This document shows positions 1-14,722 of a DNA stretch of 64,000 nt, in pieces. The notes under the pieces were generated by a model. The model searched no databases. It saw only the letters and a program-made list of their open reading frames with translations, and was not told the DNA's origin. Within the stretch, counting starts at the first letter, position 1; every line of letters starts with the position of its first letter. The stretch is from Octopus sinensis (lineage: Eukaryota): positions 15,748,001 through 15,812,000 of the forward strand of contig NC_043008.1 in assembly GCF_006345805.1 (NCBI RefSeq). The letters are read 5' to 3'. A program made the translations under genes and the position numbers.

Positions 1-785
1 ATTTTAATTTGAATATTTCTATTGTATGCAATTTTCTAGATGGTGTAATTTAATCATTCATTTTGGATTTATAAAATGTGCTTTTTCTAATCATATATAT
101 ATATATATAATATATATATATACATGCATACATATACATACACATGTATACATATATTTACGCATTCACAGTCACAGAAATGAATTTCAGAATAATTACA
201 GATTTTCTTCTCGCTCAACTTTCTGAAAATTACATTATTTTGTAGACATATTGTCAAGGGTGGAGATTTCAAAAATTTTGATAAAATTTACAAATATTTT
301 TTCCTAAATACTTGCTGAGCTATTCCTGTAATCTTCATTTTGCTACCTTAACTTCAGCTTTTTAAAAACTTTAAAAAAAAAATTTTATGTTTGAGACTTC
401 AACATTCTTAATGTACTCCACACATTTCTGGAAAATCTGATTAAAGAAATATATATAAGGCATGTTAAGAAGAAGCAAAGTGAGAGAATGTGAAAGATTC
501 GAAACTTCTTCAAAAATTTTCTAAGAAAATATTGTCAACGCTAATGTTTTCTCCATCCTCTAAAACTAATCTCTATGCATTTCAGTCACAATGGCACCTA
601 AGAGTATATTAAGACAATTTTTTCAAAGATGCATAAAATATCACAATTACGAATTATTGAAATATCTCTCTGTTCTGTAAAAATGCAGTTGTTATGTACG
701 AAATTTATGAATGATTATTTCCATGCCTTTGAATAGATGCGTCATTATATACCATTAATAAAACTCTCGTGCCATTTGTGAGGAC

Positions 786-823
786 ATGGGAATGCTAACC
801 TATACATACATGCATACACACAC

Positions 824-897
<74 letters not shown>

Positions 898-991
898 AAG
901 GAATGTGTGTGGGTATTATATGCATATACACATATATTATATCTATCTATCGATCTCTTTCACTCTTTATAATTATACATGTATGCATATA

Positions 992-1032
<41 letters not shown>

Positions 1033-1060
1033 TCTCTCTCTCTCTCTGTATATATATAAT
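786..1060. repeat. Compound microsatellite (TA)n/(TG)n/(TC)n
   Basis: Directly visible dinucleotide runs; they explain the IY-rich ORFs. Confidence 0.95.
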
Positions 1061-1883
1061 TCTTTATACACGTATATGTTTTGTGAGAACATATTTGAAA
1101 ACAGTATATCGTCCATATATAACTGGAGACAGAACTACCTATCAGAACAATTTTACTTCAAATTTTATTGATTGTCCTATTGTTATAACAGTTACGCCCG
1201 ACAGATTCCATGTAAACAAAATTTTATTTTTTTTCCATAACATAATTAAAAAATACATTTATATTTTCAAATAGTTTCATGATTGTAGAGAGATTATTGT
1301 GGCTATTGTGAAAATTGTAGTCTGCTTTCCAAAAAATTTTTAAATGCTATTCATGCACACAAAAAGGGAATTTGGTGATGTTACACACATTCACACACAT
1401 ATATGTGTATATAAGTACATAGATAGATCGATAGATAGATATAAAAATGTCTGCACAGATGTATACATACGTATATACGTATGTCCATAGACACAGGCAC
1501 CTAAATAATTGTAAGTGTTTTATATTCGCTTGGTAAAATAAATGTATGATGACGACAATGGATTTTAAGTAATATAGCAAAACACAGCAATGAATATATG
1601 TCAACAGTTACCTGAATATTGTATGAAGAATGCAATAGATTTTCTACGAACTGAATATTGAACGTAGCATGGTGTTCAATTTTCAATTACCATACATACA
1701 GAGATATAGATAGGTAGATAGATAAAGATTGAGATAGAGAGAGAGAGAGAATGACAGAAAGAGACTGAGAATGAGGCTGATTTACACACACAGACATCCA
1801 CAAAGATATATACATATATATATATATATAGGTATCTATTTATCTATGTATCTAACTATCAATCAATCTCTCTCTCTCTCTCC

Positions 1884-1922
<39 letters not shown>

Positions 1923-2125
1923 CGTATATATATATATATATATATATGTGTGTGGGAGTGTGTGTATGTATATATAATGAAATTTAAACAAAATACTTAA
2001 TAAAGTATCTTAAATAAAATGAAAGAAAATAATATTATAACTAGTAACTTAAACTATTTCAACAGAAACCGCAAAATATAATTGATTAGAAATTTATACT
2101 AACGTGTCAGAAAATTTTCTTGAAC

Positions 2126-2520
<395 letters not shown>

Positions 2521-2919
2521 AAGCATATATACTCACACGCGCGCGCACACACATATGTAATGAATCGTTTATGAAGAACATTAACTAAAAGACAGTCGAA
2601 TTCACTATTATTATTAGCGAAATATTTGAAAATATATATGAGTAAATAATTAGAAGTGGCCTGAAGGTTTTAAAAATTAATTAGGAAATAGACAAATTAG
2701 AACAATTATTATATGTTTCAATTTGAAGAACATTATCATTTACTTTGGCTATGATGAAACAATAAATATACACATTATTATAATTTTGTTATAGGGTGAA
2801 CATGCGTTGAATATATAACCAGAAAGTGATTAGGAACGGGTAATTAATATTTCAATTCTTGAGTTTGTTGTATGATAGCAGGAGTGAAAGAATAGTGCAG
2901 GTAAACCTACCCAGGTGTT

Positions 2920-3232
2920 CCCTCTCTGTCTACCACTCTCTCTCTCTGTCTCTCTCTCTGTACCTCTGTCTCTGTGTGTGTCTCTCTCTCTGTCTCTCTG
3001 TATCTGTGTGTGTGTCTGTGTGTGTGTGTGTGTATCTGTGTGTGTGTGTGTCTGTATGTGTGTGTGTGTCTGTGTGTGTGTGTATCTCTGTGTGTGTCTC
3101 TCTCTGTGTCACTCTCTCTGCCTCTCTCTATTTCTGTCTGTCTGTCTGTCTTTATCTCTCTCTCTCTCTGTATCTCTAGCTCTCTCTCTCTCATATGAGT
3201 ACATATGTTACATACACACACACGCACACACA
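2920..3232. repeat. (TC)n/(TG)n mixed microsatellite
   Basis: Visible tandem units. Confidence 0.95.
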
Positions 3233-3620
3233 AACTATGCATCACGCTTGTCAAACTTTTGTGAAACTGCATGTCAAAACTTTGTTGGTAATTTGAATAT
3301 TAAACACTGTACAAATGTGAAGCTCGGTCCACGGAAAGATCCCAGGTAGGTACGTACGTAGAGAACATTTCAATCTTATTGATACGCTGCATACAAAGGC
3401 ATGATGAGTTACTTATATTGAGGTGCTTTCAACTGTGTCACGCTTAATTGCAGGTGTACGACAATATCAATTTCAGGTAATAAAACAAAGTATTATCGTT
3501 ATATTACCATTTTATTATAATAACCAAACACGCTACCGAAGAATTGCAGGGAAATTACAAAACAAACACAATGCCCACATATGCATATGTATATACGTAT
3601 ACATGTAAGCATGTACGTAT

Positions 3621-3708
<88 letters not shown>

Positions 3709-3718
3709 TATATATATA

Positions 3719-3765
<47 letters not shown>

Positions 3766-3988
3766 GCAAACAAAAACAATTGCAGCGTGGAAGGTATTTG
3801 TAAGCCATTTAAGAAACACAGAAAAGCCGTTCGATTCACTTCAACATTTAAGTTAAATTGTCAAAATATTTTCGTCGCTAAAATCCGTGACCTGTTCACT
3901 GACAGAAATCCGTGCTTCCACGCTGCAATTGTTTTTCGTTCCAGCACACGATCTCAGATCAAATCACTTGCTATGCAAGTACATCTCC

Positions 3989-4037
<49 letters not shown>

Positions 4038-4098
4038 TGTATATATATTATTTATATTATTATACAATTGAACGCCACGCATCCTTTTCCAAGTAAGT

Positions 4099-4135
<37 letters not shown>

Positions 4136-6130
4136 GTATATACATACACGTACACAACATAGACACACGCATACATACATCCAGATTTACCCATTCCACA
4201 TTAGTGTGAATTATGTTATGGCCTAATCAGAATAGAATTATTATGTTTGCAAATGTACAGTGAAACATATATTCTGCATCAATTTGTCATGCAGGTACAT
4301 AAACTGAAATTTATGGAGCAGTAGAACAAGTAGACCTATTACAATCTCTTCGAACTAACATAATGTCGTCTTCGTTTTAACCCATTTCATCACTTATTTC
4401 CCATGCAGCTCTGTGTGTCACTCTTTTGCCGTGTATTGTACATTCACGCATATATTTTCCAGTGTGTTCCTATTGTTTTATAATTTTGTTGTAATTTGAT
4501 CGAAGCATTTGCTTGCTATTTCTCTCACGTAGAAGAACCATTTAGACGTAATCTGTTGCTGAATCCAGAGTGTGTATGCTATACGCTGGATAAATATCTA
4601 GTTTTACAACAACTCCAATTTACATAATTAATACAACTCTACATATTTTAAGATGAAACACTTTCCCAAAATGACGATTATGCTATAATATATAAGATAC
4701 ATAAGACATTAATTTTTATTTTATTAGTAGTAGAAACACCACGCATTCAGCCAAATCAATGCTATAATGATATTAATTGTCTAACATGATAACGGTCGAG
4801 TCTATCTGATAGCAATAAATTAATTCAGTTGTCAAGTGCTCTGCAAGCCTTTGAAATTATATACTGATAGTTAATAGCTCTTAAATTAAGTTACCATATA
4901 AAGCCTATATCGGAATACTTATTCACATAATGACAATTCTGGCACCAATTGGACATTGATATCTCTAAATTAGAACCCCTTCGATTTTATGGCTCTACGC
5001 ATATCAAATATTTCTTGTGGTGCCTATTGACTACCATGACCAGTAAATGCTGCAGCATCAAAAACTGCTAGTTTGATCATCGACTGCGTATGGACGAGTT
5101 ATATATTCTTCTTAAACAGAAAAAATAAAATAAAACATTTCTCATGCGTAAATTTATCAACACTAAAGCTAGCATCAAAGCAATACAGTCTCGTTTATTG
5201 GTTTGATATCCTATATATTATACTATATATTTCCAAACTACAATTACAAGTCTTAAGTGCGATTCTAGGTGGAAATGTTAGCAGCGTTTACAAGCTTCCA
5301 TCTATTGAATTTATATTCAATTGTCCAGCCATTCGAACAATGTAGTAATGTTTATGAGCAAATTATATATTACTACGGGTTTTTATTTTCATGTATATTG
5401 CTTCTTTCATTTCTATATTTCTGTTTCATAAAATTTTCGGTTTTGGAACTTACAGCAACCAAGCCTTCGTTAGTATTCTCGTTTGCTTTTCAACACGAAA
5501 ATGATGGCAGACGGAGCATAAATAATAAAAAAGGAAATAACATAAGAATAATGTAATAAATCTGTATAAGAGCGAAACAAATTTTGAAAATTCTAACAAA
5601 ATGACAGATAAATAAACTACGTTCTGAAAATGGGACATCATTAGCGATAGCCTTAGGTACCTTCAACGTTGTTTTCTGTTTTAATAGAACAATTCCTGGC
5701 TAAAACATAAAGGATAATTAATAATAAATACGAGAAACACGCACATAAACACACGTACATGCAAATACACATCAATGTATATACACTCAAAAATACGTAC
5801 AAAGCACACATACACACATATATAGAATTATCGAATTGTTCTATCTTTTTTTTTATATTCTAAAGCTTTTACATTCTAAAAGCTTTCAAGGAGTCAAAAA
5901 ATATACAACTTATTTATTTGACTTGATTTTACGATTTACGTCTTCAGGATATGGAGGTCTTCTATACTTGAAAGATATATAATTTTTTTGACTACTTCCA
6001 TTTATTTCATATCAGAGAAACTCGAATTACATTTATGTAGTTTGTCTGCATCGTATGACCTGCAGAATGTCGATTCATCCCACGAATGACGACAGAATAT
6101 ATTCTAATGAATTGAGTATAAAATAATCAT

Positions 6131-6570
6131 TGGCTTCAAATTTCAGCACGGGGCCAGCAATTTTCGGAAGATTAGGTGAATCGATTAGAGCGACCCCTGT
6201 TCTCAACATCTACTTAATCTAGTGACTTCGAAATGATAAAGGGCAAAGTAGACCTATGCGGAGTTTGAACCTAGGGTGATAAATATGGAAAAAATCCCGC
6301 TGTTTTATCTGAGGTGCTGACGATTCTGTCAACTCGCTACCTTGAGTTATTAAATAGTTATCTGTTAAACATAAGGGTTAAATATAAGGGGACAAACAAG
6401 GACAGACAAACGGATTAAGTCGATTGCATCGACCCCAGTGCGTAACTGGTACTTATTTAATCGACCCCGAAAGGATGAAAGGCAAAGTCAACCTCGGCGG
6501 AATTTGAACTCAGAACGTAACGGCAGACGAAATACCGCTAGGCATTTCACCCGTTTCTGCCAGCTACCTT
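6131..6570 (-). mobile_element. Two tRNA-derived SINE family A copies (one old and degenerate, one younger)
   Basis: Reverse complement matches the recurring unit ggcagaaacgttagc...gagttcaaattccgccgaggtcgactttgcctttcatcctttcggggtcgataaattaagtaccag seen many times in this window. Confidence 0.8.
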
Positions 6571-6830
6571 GAGTTATGAAATACTTATCAATGATTAAAA
6601 TAGCGATCAATACATCATGTTTAATGCATAACAGTGTTGCTAGGGCAGTTAATGCTGTATTTCCCTTGGGATAACATCATTCTAGACGTTTTCTTTCGTA
6701 ATACTTAATTCACTGTGGTTGGATAAAATCCGACCTGATGTTGCATGCTTACTCAATCATGTGTTTGGTGTGCTACCAGATCAGCACTACTAACACCAGA
6801 AAATTATGTTGAATCAAAATTATTTTGTAA

Positions 6831-7250
6831 TACCTATTTCTTTACTACCCACAGGGGGCTAAACACAGAGGGGATAAACAATGACAGACAAACGGATCAA
6901 GTCGATTATATCGACCCCAGTGCCTAACTGGTACTTATTTAATCGACTCCAAAAAGATGAAAGGCAAAGTCGACCTCGGCGGAATTTGACCTCAGAACGT
7001 AACGGCAGACGAAATACCTATTTCTTTATTACCCACAAGGGGCTAAATATAGAGGGGACAAACAAGGACAGACATAGGTATTATGTCGATTACATCGACC
7101 CCAGTGCGTAACTGGTACTTAATTTATCGACCCCGAAAGGATGAAGGGCAAAGTCGACATCAGCGGAATTTGAACTCAGAACGTAGCGGCAGACGAAATA
7201 CCGCTCAGCATTTCAACCGGCGTGCTAACGTTTCTGCCAGTTCGCCGCCT
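6831..7250 (-). mobile_element. Head-to-tail dimer of SINE family A
   Basis: Two units joined at gacGAAATAccTATTTCttt (7011-7024); pol III A/B-box-like head at the right end. Confidence 0.9.
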
Positions 7251-7674
7251 TACCTATTTAGTAATACCTGTTACTATGTAAATCTTGAAGCCGCCAAACC
7301 TGTTCCAAAAGAGAAGAAACTTTAGTGTAGAACGATTCGATGGCTAACAAACTCCATTGCTCTTAGTGTCAATATTTTCTATAGTGACACCGAATGCAGG
7401 TAACAGCCATACGTCGATCCATCAGTGTAAAATGATAGGTGATCTAGCCAAAGACTTTCTAACAACAGAAATAATTAAGATGAAAATGAATGTAACGTCT
7501 TTTCTCTTTGTTTGTTGTGGTCTACATCATTTGACAAAAGATTGATCTCATGAAAATGGGGGACAATGCTGTATTTTTGAGATTTGACAATAATAATGAA
7601 ATTGCGCGAGATCGTCGCATATACTTGTCTGTTTCTCAATGCAGAGATAACTTGATTACTATGGTTATTAATGT

Positions 7675-7980
7675 GGAGGCGCATTGGCCCAGTGGTTAGG
7701 GCAGTGGACTGGCGGTCGGAGGATCGCGGTTTCGATTCCCAGGCCGGGCGTTGTAAGTGTCTATTAAGCGAAAACACCTAAAAGCTTCACGAGGCCCCGG
7801 CAGGGGTTGGGGTGGCAACACCTGTTGTACTCTTTCGCCCCAACTTTCTCTCATGCTTTCTTCCTGTTTCTTGCGTAACGTTGCAATGGAAGGCGTCCCG
7901 GCCAGCTGGGGGGAACACATACGCCATAGAAACCGGGAAACCGGACCCATGAGCCTGGCTAGGCTTGAAAAGGGCGCAAA
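7675..7980 (+). mobile_element. tRNA-derived SINE family B
   Basis: Head ggcgcattggcccagtggttagg...ggtttcgattcc; tail gaaaccgggaaaccggacccatgagcctggc shared with copies at 32121, 49588 and 51482. Confidence 0.85.
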
Positions 7981-8864
7981 AGAAAAAGATGATTATTAAT
8001 GTGGATGAATGCCACCTGTAATTTTTTTTTCCTGGAGTAGCCCTAAAAGTCGAAATGCCAATGACTTCTAGCTACCTATGATTTAGAATGAAGCCGGCAG
8101 GAATACACGGTTTCCAGACACGTGACTAACAAGACGAGATATTTGTAACAAACTTCACATCTGGCAATTCATTATACCAGAGTCAAGAACCTTAAACATT
8201 TTCAGGCAGTATGTAAAGTGGATGCTTCTGTACGTAGATATGTAGATGAAAAGTGTAAAAAAAAACTAGAACGAAAAGAAATGCAAGGACATTGCCATGA
8301 TGATGCGTGAGTCAGGCAGCATCATTAATTACAATATCTGGATCAGAGACAGCAAGAGAGTTAAAAGCATTGGTCTTTAGGTTTAAAAACATATTTTCGT
8401 TTGTGTGTGCAAAGTCATAAACACAAAATTCCCCTTGTATGCAAACAAGCTTACACACCTTCACATTTATCTATATATATATATGTACAACCCAAACATG
8501 TATGCAAATACATAAATTAATAGACAGATACAGATAAAGTTAGTGGTGTGTTATTTTCAATGTAGTTTTACCCGCACCGTTCAAAATCATTTCATGTTTA
8601 ATTTCTGTAAAGTTATTAGTACGAAAATAAATTATTCCCTAAAGTTAAAAACATCTACGCATCGGCATAGCAAAACAATAATGAATGTCATTCTGTTTTA
8701 GGAACATACAAGCACAACATGCCCGCTCATAAGACTCTTTTAATTGTTAATGAAGCGTGGTTTAGTTTAAACACGCATGCTTTTGTTTTCTTTCGCGTCA
8801 TAGAATACGAATGACAATTCTCTAACTTTATTCTGTTGTCAAGCTAGGAAAACAGGAAGGTTTC

Positions 8865-8867
<3 letters not shown>

Positions 8868-8948
<81 letters not shown>

Positions 8949-8992
8949 AATGTATGTATGCATGTATGTATATATATACATATATACATATG

Positions 8993-9042
<50 letters not shown>

Positions 9043-9345
9043 ATATACATATAATATACATACATACATATGCATATATATATAATATATATATACATAT
9101 ATATATATATGCATATACATATATACATATATATATACATAATATATATACATACATATATATAGATATATATATATATATATATATATCTATATATATA
9201 TACATATATATATACATATATATATGTGTGTGTGTATATGTATATATGTATATGTATATATATATGTATATATATATATGCATATATAAGTATATATAAA
9301 TATATGTATATATATACTTGTATGTATATATACGTATATAATTAT

Positions 9346-9385
<40 letters not shown>

Positions 9386-9400
9386 GTATATAACTATAGG

Positions 9401-9459
<59 letters not shown>

Positions 9460-9466
9460 TATATAT
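8868..9466. repeat. Long degenerate (TA)n/(TACA)n tract
   Basis: About 600 bp of interrupted TA repeats. Confidence 0.95.
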
Positions 9467-10026
9467 TTATACTGGATTCTAGCCCCTCTGCGAAATACTC
9501 AGGGGATTAATACCGACTAATATCTGCTTAGCATTAAAATATGTCGCATGGTGTTTTTAAATGTCAGGTTAGTACGGACACAAAGATTTGCTCGCATTCA
9601 TTACATGGAGCATTAGCAAAATGCAAAGGGCATTAATTAGAAAAACATGAGGAGATATATTATCAGGCACGAAGAGTAATTCCCGTCAAGTAAATGGCGA
9701 TGCCATTAGGAATGACTAAGATATTTCCTATTAAAACCTGAATAACGTATTAGATTTGTTAAAAAAAGAGAAACAATTCCCTGTGGGTGACATTTACAGA
9801 TATTTTCCGGATGAAACAATGAACTACATAATGTTTCAAAGTCACAATGTCAATACATATAAACATACATACTTATGTATGTATGTATGTATGTATGTGG
9901 TGTGTGAGTTTGTGTGTGTAAATGTATGTGTGGAAACAGCGGAATGTAATACAAAAGCTGACTTGAACAAACAAACAGGTTATATATGTATATGTATATA
10001 TATACACACATATATATATATTTATA

Positions 10027-10080
<54 letters not shown>

Positions 10081-10119
10081 ATATGTATATATATGTGTAT
10101 ATATGTATCTCTCTCTCTC

Positions 10120-10187
<68 letters not shown>

Positions 10188-10522
10188 TACATATTTTTCA
10201 CATCAGAGATAATGCGTTGTTATGATATGCTAATACATCAAATTCATTACTAAGATTAGATAAATGGCATCTCTGTGCCACAAATACATTATTGTTGAAT
10301 AGGTGTAAAGAGCCTAAAACACATCCAAACATATACATATACTTACAATCATGCAAGCGTACATTTGTACAAGTATGTTCATGTATATATATTCAGCTTG
10401 CGATGGATATACTGTCGCCATTTTATCCTTTTAACTTCGCGTATGCCTATTGTTTGTTTTTCATTTGTCGACTACATAGTATGACAGGGTCTTTGAGCAT
10501 CGTTTGAGAGAAAAACAGCACC

Positions 10523-11228
10523 ATGATGCATGTCACTCTGCCAGGAATTTGTGAACGCCTTGTTGTACTGCTTGGCATTAATATTTCAGAGTGTTTGGGT
10601 GACAATCTGAGGACAGTGCATGTACCGGGAGTGATAAAAATCAAACATCCAGTTAATGTCATGGTGTTTGGAATGATCACTAGTGGTGGTGACGTTATGC
10701 CTCCCTTCTTCTTCTCATCCAGCTTCAGACTCAACACGGAGGCATACACCAAGTGCCTGGAGGAAGCAGTGCTGCCCTGGGTCAAGAGGGTGGCTGCTAG
10801 AGGACCCTGTGTCTGGCAACAGGAATCTGCACCATGCCTCACAAGCAGGAGAACCCAATCATGGCTGTGAGAGAACTTTGGTGACCACATCACCCCTAAG
10901 ATCTGGCCACCTAACTCCTTAGACTTCAACCCGATACACTATCATGTTTCGGGCGCAGTTATACGAGAGACCAACCAAACTCCTTCTAACACCAAAGATA
11001 AACTGAAGGCAAGGATTATGACAGCATTCACCAACGTAAACAAGGAGAATGTCCAGATTAGTTGCAGGAGATTCCGAAGTTGTATGGAGTCCTTGGTTGA
11101 AGCCAATGCGATTTTATTGCATAAAATTTACTATTTAATATAGGAAGATACTTTTTGGTATGTTGGTAAATATATCTGTTAAAATGAGATATCAGTGTTA
11201 TTTTATTTTTTGCGTAATTCAGACCCCG
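10523..11228 (+). mobile_element. 5'-truncated Tc1/mariner relic, DD37D (maT-like) transposase pseudogene
   Basis: KHPVNVMVFGMITSGGDVMPPFFF...WQQESAPCLTSRRTQSWL*ENFGDHITPKIWPPNSLDFNPIHY: 37 residues between the second and third catalytic positions (D mutated to E and D to H); one internal stop; a possible right TIR ends at ...agaccccg|TA (11228). Confidence 0.85.
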
Positions 11229-11504
11229 TACACACACATATAAATATATACATAATTCAAATTTATAGGGAAAAAAAGACAAAGAGAGTTTTAGGAACAA
11301 CAAGCATATACTTCAGGAATCCCGTGGCGTCCTTGGAGTCTGTATTCCTAGTTCAGATACGGAAAATGCAATTCACGAGACTCATTATTCAGGTTCAATA
11401 CAATTGTTTCGACTCATCCTGCAACTGCACCTCACCGGTAGGATTGCCTACATTTATTTCTCTTCCGTCACAGGTGCAGATCTCTTCTCAGTTGACTTTT
11501 TAAA

Positions 11505-11920
11505 CAAGACCCGCTTTCAGAACTCTTTCCAGAGGTAAACGCAATTTTTCATGATGATAATGCATCAATTCACACAGCTAATGTTGTTATTGAATGGCAC
11601 GAGAAACAGTCTAGTGAAGTTGAACATCTTATCTGGCCACCACAATCCCCAGATCTCAATATTATTGAAAATTTATGGTACATTTTATAAAAACAAATAA
11701 GGAGTCGATAGTCGATATCCCTCACCATCATTACTACAAGAACTGGAAACTGTTTTAGCTGAAGAATGGACAAAAATTCCTTTGGAAACAATTCAAATTT
11801 CGTACGAGTCCATACCTCGTAGAATTCAAGCTGTAATTACTGCCAAAGGCGGTCCTACTATATATTAAAATAAATTTGTTTGAAATTTTAAGGTGTTTTC
11901 ATTATTTTGTCCAACCTCTG
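11505..11920 (+). mobile_element. 3' part of a Tc1-like DD36E (Incomer-type) transposon with right TIR
   Basis: Frame reads AIFHDDNASIHTANVVIEWHEKQSSEVEHLIWPPQSPDLNIIENLW (36 aa between D and E) ...EEWTKIPLETIQISYESIPRRIQAVITAKGGPTIY*; TIR-like end ggtgttttcattattttgtccaacctctg at 11892-11920. Confidence 0.85.
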
Positions 11921-12919
11921 TGCATATATATATATATATTATATATATATATATATATATATTCATACTGAATTCATATAGCCTAAATGTATCTATATTC
12001 TCTGGTTCACGTGTGCTTGCTCGTCTAAAATATCACATGCATCTAAAAGAGACATATTCTAAAACATTGTTTTGACAGACCAGTTGAAAGCAAATAAACT
12101 CGTGATAAACTCTATGGAACCCGATATATTCTCATTTGTTTTCTGATTATCATTATAATGAATGAATGGGCCATTTGTAAAATATCACCACCACTGCGTA
12201 TCTTCATTGCAAGACCTTCCAGAATTGAGCAACAGATTAGATTCTGTATCATTTACAAATTTGTTCCGTTTGTTTTATTAAGGTGGAGTGCAGGGATTCG
12301 CGATAGGTTTAGTTGACATTCATAGCAGGTCCCACATAGATGCCGACTCGTCCTCATTGGCTTGTAATCACATTTGTTGAAGCATAATGCGTTAATAAAA
12401 ATTTCTATCTTCATGAGAAATTTGTATTCTGATAGTTAGGTTAAAACGTAACAAATTTTATTCGTGCAGCGCATTGTAAGTCAAAACATAATTAAGTTGG
12501 TAGCTGCATCTCTGATATGAAACATTGAAGATATACATAACTTACAATCTCATGTACATAACTTACAATTTCAATTTTCAAATATGCTCATTTATTGCAG
12601 ACTTGTTTGCATGTATTGCCATCTCAAGTTTTACCATAATGGGTGATAGTGTTATACATGTAATATAGAAAATAATTAACACTGGAAACCATTAATTATT
12701 AAAAGAAATAAATAATTAATAACGCGGTGCAGTCTAGTCTATAAAATATTACGATTACAAACACATCTGCGATATGTTTCGACATACCCACACTCATACA
12801 TCCACACACACACACACACATACACACGCACATAAATATAAATATAGTGGAAAAGATTTCTATTTGATATAGAATCTCCGGTGTATTGTATATCACATTG
12901 GTATAGTTTTCTACAGTGA

Positions 12920-13228
12920 AGGCGCATAAGTCAGTGTTAGAGCTTACACTCGTGAGGCCGAGTTCGAATCCGTACCCGGGATGCGTGTTGTCTTGAGCAA
13001 GACCCTTTTTTTTCACGTTGCTGCAGTTCACTCAGCTTTAGAAATGAGTTGAGACGTCACAGGTGCCAAGCTGTATCGGCCCCTTTGCCTTTCCTTTGGA
13101 TAACATCAGTGGTGTGGAGAGGTGAGGCCGGTATGCATGGGCAATTTCTGGTCTTCCATAAACAACCTTGGAGGGTAACTTTCTAGGTGCAATCCCATGG
13201 TCAATCATGACCGAAGGGAGGTCTCAGC
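12920..13228 (+). mobile_element. tRNA-derived SINE, family B-related head with a different tail
   Basis: gagttcgaatcc B box, gtcttgagcaagac and tcactcagct blocks shared with family B. Confidence 0.75.
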
Positions 13229-13239
13229 AGTATTCTACG

Positions 13240-13690
13240 TTGCTATGAATTGGTATTCATAAGAGATTCCATACGAAGGTAAATAATGCGATAGTGGTGT
13301 TTAGAAACGAGATTATGTCGATATTGAGGTAGTTTACCTTGTATTAATTTGTCAAGCCGAAGCTTTATGTTCATCATAGATTCTAGGTGCAAATCCTGTA
13401 AATACGTTAAAGAGCCTGCTGTCTTACAGTGTCTCTTTCCGCTCATTATATGCTTTGGTACTTGGTTGTCAATTATCGTGATATCGTTATTATAATCTGC
13501 TATCATGTAGTTATCGTATTTATTCATGTTTCTAATAATACCTCAGCTGTGGATCTAGGGTGTAAAGCTTTATTATCTTTTCGGCTATAAGACTCCTTCT
13601 ACAGATTTCATATATATATGGTAGACAGTATTTTGCTGGATAACAACCCTCACCTGAAGATATTGATTTTCAATGGTAGTTGACAGGGTA
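13240..13690 (-). mobile_element. Highly degenerate Penelope-like GIY-YIG endonuclease remnant (tentative)
   Basis: Fragments VRVVIQQNTVYH, SYSRKDNKALHPR and HNLVSKHHYRIIYLRMESLMN resemble a PLE EN/C-terminus; several frameshifts. Confidence 0.35.
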
Positions 13691-14722
13691 AAATCCATAT
13701 TAAACTCTTTATTTTAGTATTTCATATTTGTGGCGATGGTCACGGCATCCCCTGCGAGAATAGAATTAACCGAACGTCTATAAATAATAGCGGTCTTAGC
13801 GAGAGACAGAGACAGAATAGGCGTTAATCGAAGGTTTCTTAAGGTGCTGTTTTGCTAGCTTGACGGAATATCGTTTGTTGGTACCTGTATAGTTCGTGAA
13901 GTGTTTGCTGGATTATTACGTTTTTGTTACCCTTCTTCGTTATATATTATATTGCTACTACATCTTTATAGAGTAAACAATTATCGTCATAAATAATGGC
14001 GATACTAGAATAATTGGCGACGAGTAACCAGGTTACAAACTCGTATATACAAGTATAATATTTTAGTTTTTTCTTGAATCTAATATGAAACACAAATACC
14101 CGGCTTGCTCTGCGATTTCCACTTCATCGACGTTTTCAGAAACGTTAATCTTCGTTTCTACAATTGTTTATACATTTCTTTCAAAGCAAAGCCGAATATT
14201 TTCCACTGAATTATTACTGCATTTTCAATATGTTCCACAATGTTGCACTCATTTTGAGCTGTTTGTGTTACGATAAAACGTATTTTACACGCTACTCTAT
14301 ATCCTAACACATTCTATGTTGTAGGTGAAAAGTCCTGCTTATCAATCATTATCTTCATTCAGTGTACATTTAAGGACTGTACCTGCGCAGCTAAAATCAA
14401 TCCTTCGTTATCTGTCTTCAATACACATTTCTCCATCAAAAAATCGCCTATCGTTTTCTTTCCTCATATCTTTATATTTTTGTTTTCGATAAGATCATTG
14501 GATTGCACTTCTCGACTCAAAGTTTATGTTTCTTTTTTCCACATTTCCCCTTTTTCTTTCCTTTGGGTTATAATAAATCTCTAAATAACATGTTCCTTAT
14601 CTCACAAGGAAGGACTTCTTTCTTTCCTCGATAGAATCCAAAGCCTGATTGCTTTTTTGTTTTAATCCCCTTCATTCTAGTTTAACGGCTCACATGTAAT
14701 GAAGGATGCAGGATTCTGCAAA

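Noticed and set aside
2860-3480. Donor-like sites (gtgcag|gtaaac near 2900, cccag|gtaggt near 3345) suggesting small + strand exons
   Set aside because: No matching acceptor with a recognisable peptide; such motifs are expected by chance.
7675-7745. tRNA-like heads as genuine tRNA genes
   Set aside because: No complete cloverleaf; each head continues into a SINE body. No true tRNA, rRNA or CRISPR feature was found in the window.
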